Shown here: piece by piece, positions 53,723-64,000 of the stretch
How the letters are laid out: the number at the start of each line of letters is the position of its first letter
Numbering within the stretch: position 1 is the stretch's first letter
From: Octopus sinensis
Taxonomy: Eukaryota
DNA length: 64,000 bases
Direction of reading: 5' to 3'
Assembly: GCF_006345805.1 (NCBI RefSeq)
Contig: NC_042999.1
Coordinates: forward strand, 135,842,001 to 135,906,000
Position numbers and translations under genes: made by a program
The notes under the pieces: generated by a model
Database searches by the model: none
Told to the model about the DNA's origin: nothing
What the model saw: only the letters and a program-made list of their open reading frames with translations

Positions 53723-56542
53723 ATCCAGAAATTTAGAGGGGAGATTAGTGGATTATATCAGTCCAAGTACTTAATCAGAACTTTAAAAACTTACCAACAC
53801 ACACATACAGTCACATTTTACAATGCATGTTTTCACACCCTAATTCACAGTGTGTATGTGTGTGTGTGAAGGCCTGCACATGTTAAAGAGTATATGTATT
53901 TAGGTATCTGTGTGTGTGTGCCTGTGACTGGGTGCGTGTATGTATGAATGTCTTAATCAGTTGCTTTGGTGCACCTTCTAATGTTCAGATAGCTCTGAAA
54001 TAAAATTTTCAAAAGCATGTCACATGACTGATCTCGTGGCTATTCTCAGTCAATAAGAAAGTGTTTTTTGGTGCATTTGTCATCCTTTGAAATGTTTGTC
54101 TGGAACCTACTGTGTTCATCAAAATAGTATAAAAGAAGCAATTTCCAGACAGAAATTAGAATCAGACTCCTTGTGGCAGTAGCAATTGATCTTCTGTTTC
54201 TCAAAGAAAGAAAAAATCACATGCATGCACATGCTCACATACACACCTACATACACACAAATGCACACACACACACTAACACGAAGTTACTTCATCCAGC
54301 TACATTTACAAGCTGTGATTCTTGAGCTAATACCATTCCTATTACTGTTTTGCAAACTGTAGTTATATTATCTTTGAAGATGTTCATTTTTACATTACAA
54401 ATACTAATTTTTGTGCTGTTTCTTAAAGGTACTGAATTCAACCAGTGAACTTTTATTTATCATGTAAAAATTTTGAACTGCATGCTAGAAAGACCTGGTC
54501 TATTCCCTGACCATTATTTTCTAATGAAGATTCTTTACATTACAGTCTATGGAATAATTATTATACTTTAATAATAATTACAATTACCAAATAGTGGAAC
54601 TGTGTCAGGGAAAAGGTCAAAGATGATTAAGTGAAGTCAACAGTTTTTGTGTGTTGTTTTTTAATGCCTATTACGTGTCTTCTATGCTGTTAATGTCTTA
54701 GTTTCAACAGAGATCATATCACTTGTCAGACAAGTACATCTCCGAAATTTAATAATACTGTTGTACTTATACTATGCTGTGTGAATTTATACTGGTACAT
54801 TGAATCTTTCTAATGTTATCATTAATTGAATTATGTTCTTCTTTGCTGTTGTTTTATGCTGATCATTTACTCTAGACTCAATGTAATCCAGTTACTGTTA
54901 TTAGTATTATTACTAAATGATTGTATGGAAGCTACTCTATTTGACATTTTTCATTCATTTATTGCCACTGGGATCTCCAACCCTCAACACAAAACATATT
55001 CACACCTAAAATATTCATAAAATTCCTAAGTCACTGCAGTGGGAATAAATGAAAATAATGTATTTCAGGAATGTGACCTGGAGGAATATATTTATAAAGT
55101 GGACAGTGAAGGAGGATAATGTAATGGAAGAAAAACCTTAGCATATCAATCCTGATCCTGTGTTCTGAGATGTTCCAACTAGGAATCCCACCACCTTCTT
55201 TTTATACATAAAGTATACATACTGCAATATATATGTATATATACACACCTTATACATACATATTCACTATTAGTTGTTTATTTAACTCTAAATCAACACC
55301 GATTGGATATATACTCAAAAGCATTCCATTCATGGCCATTCAAAATGTTTTTCAGGTATTGCTTATCTACTACTACCTTATTCAAAACAGTTTTAGCATA
55401 TCTGTTAAGATGATAGGTTGTGGTTGAGTGAGAGCTGCCTAATATTTCTAGCAAGATCAAGTGATCTCAAACTGACTTTTATTGTTTGAGGGGAATACTT
55501 GTAGTTAATGCCTATAGTTTTATTGTTCTAATCCAACTCTCATCACTGCATATCCCCTCACTAGTCTCAGGGGAGACAAGATATCATTGCTTGACTTGCT
55601 AGAAGTGACAGCCAAACCACCCTTATATTTATATGTTATCATCTTCACCCTTTAGATACCAATCCATGTAAGACTATCATCACAGTCCTTGTGGTGTGAA
55701 GTCTTGTGTATCTCAATGACCCTGTGAGCTATGCCAGTGTGCTGGTGAAACACAAGTTTCTGGTAGGACTTTTATGCCAGACAGGTTAAGGGATAGAGGC
55801 AGGACTAAAATTGACCACCTCTTTCCAGAGGTAAAAATAAGTTTGCTTAGATTCAACAACCTTACCAAGAGAAAAAGTAAGGTTACAGAAGCATTGATGA
55901 TAATTAATAACCAGCAAGGCCTGGGAGAGAAAAGACAGTCCTAGGTCAAGAACAGTGGAGAAAAGTTGTTGATGACCTATGCTCCACATGGAGTGAAGGG
56001 CTTAAGTAACATGAGACTGCTTTTGGTTCTATAATACAAAGTGTTCATATTCAAAAGGAACCTTCCATCATGACTTGATGTATGAACCTTTGGTAACATA
56101 TGTTCCAAACATCAGTTTACTTCCCAACCATATGGTTCCAGGTTCAGTCCCATTATACTCTTGGAGTGACTAGTGTTAGGAAGGGCATCCAGCCATAGAA
56201 ATCATGCCAAATCAGACAGAAACCTGATACAGACCTCTGGGTTACCAGTTCCAATCAAACTGTCTAATCAATGCCAGCATGGAAAGCGGATGTTAAATGA
56301 TGATGATAATGATGATATGTGTGTGTATGTCTTTATGTCTGTGTTTTTCCCCACCACTGCTTGACAACTGGTGTTTGTGAGTTTACATTCTTATAACTTG
56401 GTGGTCCAGCAAAAGAGACTGATAGAATAATTACCAAGCTTTTAAAATGTAAGTGTGGGAGCCAATACATTTGACTAAAAATTCTTCAAGGCGGTGCCCC
56501 AATATGGCCACAGACTAATGACTAAAACAAGTAAAAGATAAA

Positions 56543-56580
<38 letters not shown>

Positions 56581-57294
56581 TCATCATCATCTTTCCAAAA
56601 ATTAACTGAGACATATAGACAGGGTAGTGTATTTTATTAAAAACAATGATCCTGAAAATGTTCAAAGAAACATAAGATAATATAGCAACAGATTAATAAA
56701 AATAAAAAAAACAATAAAAAGCCAGGATTGTCATGGCTTGAATGTCTTTGATCAGCGGACCAGAAGACTGCTTGATCAGGGCTGACCTGGTGTTAAACAA
56801 CATCAGCAAACACTACTATCATCAACAGTCTTCCAAGAGTCCAGTAGAAAACCATTAGGTCATGTATGTTGACTTGGCATGCATATATTTAGGGGTGTTG
56901 TGAAGTGTTTTCTGTGCATGAAAATCAATTTGTAGTATGTATTTGCTAAAACTTTCTGCAGATGAGTTATTTCAATGAACAAAAAATAAATATAAACCTG
57001 AAGAAAACCAGGAAAAATAAATAAGGGAAAACAGTCTAAATTTAAATTCAAGGTATGAATAATTTCATAATTAATAAAGAATACAAATGTGTTTTTCCTG
57101 CAAAATCTATAAATATTCTTCAATATAATATGAGATTTTTTGCTAATTAACAAGCTTTCAGATAAATTGAATTTTCTATTAATATGATATAATGTAATAC
57201 ACACACACACATGTATATATGTATATGTGTATATTAATGTAATAGATAGAATATATAGATGTGTGTATGTGTATATACATATTAATGTAATATA

Positions 57295-57327
<33 letters not shown>

Positions 57328-57337
57328 GTAATGTGCA

Positions 57338-57381
<44 letters not shown>

Positions 57382-57416
57382 ATATATGTAATGTGCATGT
57401 GTGTGTGTATATATAT

Positions 57417-57484
<68 letters not shown>

Positions 57485-58394
57485 ACATAAAAAATGCAAA
57501 TTTATTATTTATTAAGTGGAAATTTATGACAGAAATATTTTATAATAGCAAAATTTGATTTTATAGCATTACTTTCACTTGATTGAATATCCATAAAATT
57601 TTGAATTTAATTTTGAAATATTATCTAGAACTGATTTGTCATCATTCTGACTTGACTTCTAATTAATTTATTTATGTAAAAGAGTGAGTTTTTCGAGTTG
57701 AAAACTCATGAAAGATGGAACCAGTGACCACCACTATCAACAAGTAATAGAAGTAGTAGCAGCATTAACAACAATAGTAGAAGTAGTAGTAATATTAGTA
57801 GCAAGAACAGTAGCAGCTGTTGTACTAACAGCATCAACAACATGAATTGTAGTTATAGATGTAACATGACAAACAAAAATGTCAAGTTATCTCTTATCTA
57901 AGTTCCAAAATATATCTGTATGTGTGCATGTGTGTGTGTTTGTGTAGAGTAGAGAGGGAGGCAGTGAGGAAGCAAATGAGAGTGGAATTTGGGATGCAGA
58001 ATGACATGGAAACTACTGTTTTCATGGAGTAACAGGAGAAAAAAAAAAGGAAATAAATAGGAAAAAAGTAAAATAAAATATGATGTAAGCTATCTGAGAA
58101 TGCCTCAAACTTAAAAAAAAATGACAGATAATTATAGTTTTGGGAAATATTCACATGCCAAAGAAGACCTTATCCTAGAGAGAAGAAGCAGAACAAATAA
58201 AGAAACTTATTAAAAAGAAAGACAGAATAAAAGTTTAAAAAAAATCTGCAATAGAAACTCGCTCTGAGAATATTCAATATTGGATGGTGGGAAAACTAAT
58301 CCAACTTAGATGCAGGGCTATTATCTAAGATGTTCAAATATAATCTGATGTGGCACATGGAATTTAAAACCAAAGTGATAACTATAACAACCCC

Positions 58395-58429
<35 letters not shown>

Positions 58430-61400
58430 TGGTAGTAGTAGTAGTAGTAGTAAATTTTAGAACTATGAATAATAAAGATTATAAAACTTGAAACCTTTCT
58501 CAATGTACAAAATATCAGACACGCTCATGTAAGCATGGAACCCTCTGAAGAGTCACCTAATCTAATTGAAACTGCAGTTAAATCTTCCTTAATCCACATC
58601 CTACCATCTTTTTTTTTAAAAAAAGAGGAAAAAAAACACAATCAAAAAAAGATGTGATGGTCACAACTGAGATATTATGAGTTTGTTTGACCAGAAAGTT
58701 TGTTCTCAGCTGACTTTGGGGCTAAATAAGAATGGCAATGGACAGTTATCAAAACATTACACATGGCATTCTGATCTGTTATCTTGAAGATAACTATACA
58801 AAAATATAACTACCATGCACACAGGGAAGAAGAGGCAAGATACAAATAAAGAACTATTATGAAGTAATTGCTTTATATCTAGAAAAATACTTTCAAGCAA
58901 GTAAAGTTAGAAATGTTTCTCAGTTTATTAGAAAACAACATAATACAAATGAGAATCTAATTAGGGTGAAGGGAAAGGTTTAGAAAATAATAAAATAACA
59001 GAAAAGGTAAAAAGAAAAAAAGATCAAATTAATTGGAAACTACAAAAAATACTCAAAAAAAAAAAAATGAACAAAACTCTTTATGGTCTGTATCCTGCAA
59101 GACTAGACAGAAGGTGAAATGAACCAATACTGAAAGCTAATATTGGCTCAGAGGCAGAATTAAAAGGTCTGAATTTTAGCAGCATAAGATTAACACTTTT
59201 TTACTAAAATCTACAAAAATGAAATAATAAAACAAGGGCTAATGGGAGTTGCAGACTATTTCAGGGGTCAGTAAATTACAGCCAGAAGTTCAAATCTGGG
59301 CCACGGCCTCCTTTCATTCATGCTGCTGACTTTATTGAATAGGTGACAATAAATCCAAAAGTTTTGTTTTCTTCATTTATCTTTGGCTAATGAACAATAA
59401 ACTTCAGTATTGAGAAACAGAGCAAAATCTTCATTTTGCAGTAGCTTCAAATGAAACGTCTTATATTAATACCAAAAGCAAAAATAAGTTTCCTTCACAT
59501 GGTAAAAAATTAAAAGTTTCCCCAGGTGTAGTACTGGATCAGGAATTATCCATGTCTGTGGAAGACGATGCTGATAAAGTATAGAAACTAGGCAGGCAAA
59601 TGTTATGCACTAATTAGTATCATATACTAATTATTTATCAGTCAAATCAACATATTATAAATTTAACTAGAAACTATTGTTGAAACTTGGTTGTGGCTTT
59701 CTATAGCTAGAAGGAAGCTACAGTAACAGGAAACACAAATGAGTTACATATAAATATGAGTGTTCAGCTATAGTAGAACATGTGTGTAATTGATAAACAA
59801 AAAATTACAGGAAGAAACAAATAGAATGCTGGGTCTGAGTAGCAGTTGTTTAGCTGTCTCTTTTTTTGGTGCAAAAATAATGTATCTAGAACTATATTAT
59901 TTAATGCATTCTTCTTCTTAAGTTGATAGAATAGTATTTGAGGGCAATTTGACTGTTACTTTTAGCAGGTTGCATGAGCACATAGACACTTCCCTGCTGG
60001 TTTGTTAAACTGGAGTATTTATGTGATGGGACATTTACTTAGCTTTGAGTAGGATGTTGCCTGAATTGCAGAACTTCTTGAACAGGCAATTAGTTTGCAG
60101 GACAGGACTATCTGATAATAGATGTGTGAATACTGTGTCAGTCTGTTTACTGATATTGGTAATATCAGTCAGATATCACAAACATCTGATTCAGAAATCA
60201 TTAATTAGGTGACAGTACAAGCTAATCATGATACTGAAACATGTGGTGTTAAGAAATATACAAAATTTGCATGAAATCTGAGAACTGGAATTAGAAAAGG
60301 TGGCAGAGGTAGTGAAGGCGACTACCTTCTCTTATAGCAGTGCTTTGTCAAATGAGAAAAGAAATAAGAAACAAGAACAAAACAAAAACATTTGTTCACA
60401 TCTAACATGTATTTCAAAAACTGGAATAATCAAGAACAACTGCAATGGAGATTCATTTTCTATGCCTAATACTTTAGAACAAGATTATTTCCCTTCTTAT
60501 GTGCTGTCAGTTTAGTCTAATGATTTCAGGATATGTTTCATTTGATTTATAGCATACTAACTTGAGAGAAGAATTACAATGCAAGGAAGTGATAATACTA
60601 ACTCACTGTCTTAGGTCATAGGATTTATGTTAGGTGACCAGTAGGCCTCTTCGTTCATGGTAGACAAATTAATAACTTTCATGTGAAATTTAAAAGAAAA
60701 GTGTATGTGTGTGTGTGTGTGCCTAAAAAAGAAGAAAAGCAACTGAAAGGTCTTGTGTAAATATGAATGTTGGTTTACTAAAATATCTTCCTGCTTACAT
60801 TAAGAAACATTGATTCTTTAAATCTAAGTGGAATTATCTTATTGTGTTTGATCACCAATAAATTTATAATAGACCAGTGTATTTCACCTTATTAACAGAT
60901 CAATAAAGGTAACTTTGAAGCTCTATTAATGTTATTCTTCATCTGATTTCACTTCCATAATGAAATTTGATAGAAAATTAGAAATTAAAACATTAAAAAA
61001 ATAAAATCTGCCAACTATTGTTTGACTCACTTCTCTTCACATCATTGAAAATTCAATAGAAACTAATTTAAGAATACAAACGATCTTCCCCAGTCTAAAA
61101 GTTTCTTTTCCAGAAAAATCCTTTTGACTGATTCAGTTCTAATGCTGTTAATTTCTTTGTAATGCAAATTCATTATAATAATCGACCAAATTTGAATAGA
61201 AACAAACACAAAACAAAACAAACAAGCACACATTCAAAATCAGTTTTCTTCTCAAATAATTGTAATGGTGGAATGTGATATTTTTGTAGGAGAAAACCTA
61301 TCAAGACATGTACCAAAACATGAAAGAAAATCAGTTATCTACAAACATTTGTACATTGAATGGAAATAATCTTTGTTATAATGTCAATATTATGAGACAA

Positions 61401-62148
61401 GAATAAATTTCATAACAAAGACTAATAGGATATTTTAAAATAAAACATACTATCAGCTAGCAGGATACAATTGGAAAAATTGTTCTATTCTAAAGGAGAA
61501 TAAGGTGATTCCAATTTAATTGTTTATTCAGAAAGAGGTGGAACTAAAATGCCATATTACATTCTTTTAAAGTTCAAAACTTATCATGTTTATCAGGTGC
61601 CTATATTGCACAAGATTTTATATCAATAAATGAAATACATAGAATTGAGTGATTTTATTTCTTATTGCAGATGAGTTAAATATGTTCAATTTCTGTATTA
61701 TTTGGAACAATTTCAACATTGTTGTGTGACTTCTAGAAAGTGTACAACAAAGTTCTTACTTTTATTGGTTAAACATTGTATATTCTTATGTCAGTAATTT
61801 ATTGATCAGATTCTATGTGTATTGCAGAAAATATTTTAAGAAACAATAGAGTGTTGGATAGAATACCTGCACAGTATTCGGTTTCCTATATATATGTGTT
61901 GGGTTTGATTCCCACAGGAGAGTGGAAAAGAGAGTAACTTTGCCTTTCATATTGGTGTCTGGTTGTCAATAAAACTGGAGTAATATCATGAGATTGATTC
62001 AAACCTCTTTAACCCCTTAATGAAAATCTTGATTATGAAACCAAGTGAACCTAATCAATATGATTTGTATTAACATTATATCCCAATACTGGGATAAATA
62101 AGGACAAGTTCACAAATGAATTGTTGAGTCAAAGTAAAGTCATAAGAC

Positions 62149-62502
62149 ATGTCCACAAGATATTCATCAGAAGACAGCTGTTTGCTAGGTGGAAAATATT
62201 CATCAGATGTAACAGTGTCTGAAGTTAGCTGTTTCCCAGACACAACAGTGTCAGAAGCTAGCAGTCCACAAGATATAGCAGTGCCAGAGGACAGACATCA
62301 GTCAGATGTAGCAGTGTCATATGACAACCAAAATGTAGCACAGTCAAGAGATAGATATCTACTGGATGTAGAAGTCTCAAAGAACAAATATAGACCAGAT
62401 GTGTGGTGTAAGAAGACAATCACCCACCAGATGTAGTAGTATCAAAACAAAACCATCTACCAGATGTTGCGGTGTCAGAACAACATCTATACTATGCAAA
62501 CG
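62149..62502 (+). other. Nine degenerate 33-bp repeats encoding an 11-aa unit (about PDVAVSEDRHP), frameshifted once
   Basis: Units start at 62203, 62236, 62269, 62302, 62329, 62362, 62395, 62427 and 62460; 95-codon ORF from 62149; donor-like ACG/gtaatt at 62502. Confidence 0.6.
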
Positions 62503-63091
62503 GTAATTTTTCCTATTTGTAATCATTACATGTTTATGCTATGTATGCTATATGCTGCCCAACTTAAAATACAGCACCATATAAAAAAGTGATCAGGGCT
62601 CCGAAAATGTTGGAAAATTTTCTTCTAACATATAAGAAAAGATGACTATAACACATCAACTATTTCTGATTTACATCTTTCAGTCAGCCAATGTTGGATG
62701 GATCTAACAATTTTCAACAATCTTATAAAATCTAAGATGGCCTTTAGGAAGAAAAATAAGATGTAAAAAATACATTGGCAATATATAACTGATTCTTTTA
62801 CTCAATAACCAAATTTATCCTTGGGTATGTATTGTCTGCAATATTTCCAGACTGAATTCAGATGGCTATTAAATTGATTGTTAGATTTTATTTCATTTTC
62901 AGTCCTCAGCTTTTGATCTACTGTCTACATCCTTTGCATATCGTCATTACTACATAAGTTTCTGCCTCACTTAACTATCTAGATATATCAAACTACAAAC
63001 AAATTTCTTCCTTGTACTCATCGAGCTCCAGACATCTCATAATCCTCTCTACAACATGAAGATATAGTCTCTACATGGTTGTTCAACTAAC

Positions 63092-63662
63092 TATTCGGTT
63101 GTCCAGAAAGTTTGTGCCGATTTTTAAAGGAAAGAGAAAAGTCAATAAATACTTGCCATTACATTTTTATTCAATCAAATGTGAACCATTTTGTTGCACA
63201 ATGCATCTCCATCTTTCCTTTAACTTGAAAATACCCACTTCCCAGAATTGAGGTAGTTTCATGGCAAAGAATTCATCAAGGCATCTTTTTATGTTATCCA
63301 AGGAATTGGAATTTTTACCATTAAGACTATTCTGCAGAGACCTGAATAAGTAGAAATCCGAAGGAGCAATATCTGGTGAATATGGAGGGTGAGGTAACAC
63401 ATCCCAGCCGAGCTGCAGCAATTTTTGTCTGGTTCCCAAAGCATCATGTACCGAAAATCAACTTTTTTTATCTTCCATTTTAAAGGGTTACAGAATTAAC
63501 ACAGGTTATAGGAACATAAACATTCTTCCACGAAAAGACAGCTTAAACTGTGCTCTAAATGGCGGTGTAGTCAAATCCTATTTTATGGACTCAACCATGT
63601 TCTAAAATAAGTCGAAAGGTAAGCTACTATATTTCGGCACAAACTTTCTGGACAACCCAATA
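63092..63662 (-). mobile_element. Internally deleted mariner transposon with both TIRs
   Basis: TIRs tattcggttgtccagaaagtttgtgccga / tcggcacaaactttctggacaacccaata; ORF TRQKLLQLGWDVLPHPPYSPDIAPSDFYLFRSLQNSLNG...WRCIVQQNGSHLIE. Confidence 0.95.
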
Positions 63663-64000
63663 GAAACAGCAACTAAATTACTCTTCAATCACATTCTACA
63701 TCTTAAAAAGCAAGAAAGATACATTGAATAATCTAGACCTAGACACTCTTAGTTTGAAAACATAATGTGTTGATCATGACAGGAATCCCTTTGGTTATAG
63801 ATTTGATGGATTAAAGTTGACTTGTGGCTAAACAACAGTGACAATCACAACATCCTATTTATTGTACTTTTCAAAAGCTTTATGCAAAACTTTATGCAAA
63901 ACAGTAATTCTTTTAAAGAAGTATAATTATTCTGTCCTCTCTTCTGTAGTAATTTCAGATCATTTAAAAGCAACAACTTTTTACATTCTGAGTTCAAAGT

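Noticed and set aside
58545-58580. CTGAAGAG...GAAACTGCAGTT hammerhead-like words
   Set aside because: No stem I or stem II pairing can be formed.
59530-59582. Exon-like GVVLDQELSMSVEDDADK
   Set aside because: More like a CR1/L2 post-RT LGV.LD..L.M remnant than a host exon.

Overview
AT-rich eukaryotic genomic DNA, dense in microsatellites and interspersed repeats. The SINE families look like those of an octopus (cephalopod) genome; this is recognition from memory, not a database result. There is no long intact ORF and no rRNA, tRNA or CRISPR array. Most ORFs in the supplied track are translations of microsatellites, SINEs or palindromes. Well-supported elements: several tRNA-headed SINEs, three decayed mariner transposons (two with both TIRs), four R4/Dong-type LINE fragments with a restriction-like endonuclease, RTE and other RT remnants, and several TIR MITEs, including fold-back elements with internal TTAGGG-like arrays. 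The most interesting signal is two unrelated fold-back structures (37.9-38.2 kb and 40.5-40.7 kb) whose arms each carry a type I hammerhead-ribozyme-like motif, with the catalytic core hit by CpG-type transitions. Other leads: a candidate minus-strand gene built from short exons (42.9-58.2 kb), isolated plus-strand exon candidates (one folds into a hairpin with A-C mismatches of the kind ADAR edits), a pre-miRNA-shaped hairpin, and a 33-bp (11-codon) repeat ORF with a single frameshift. All exon models were built by eye from splice signals and are hypotheses; short acceptor-donor pairs arise often by chance in AT-rich DNA.
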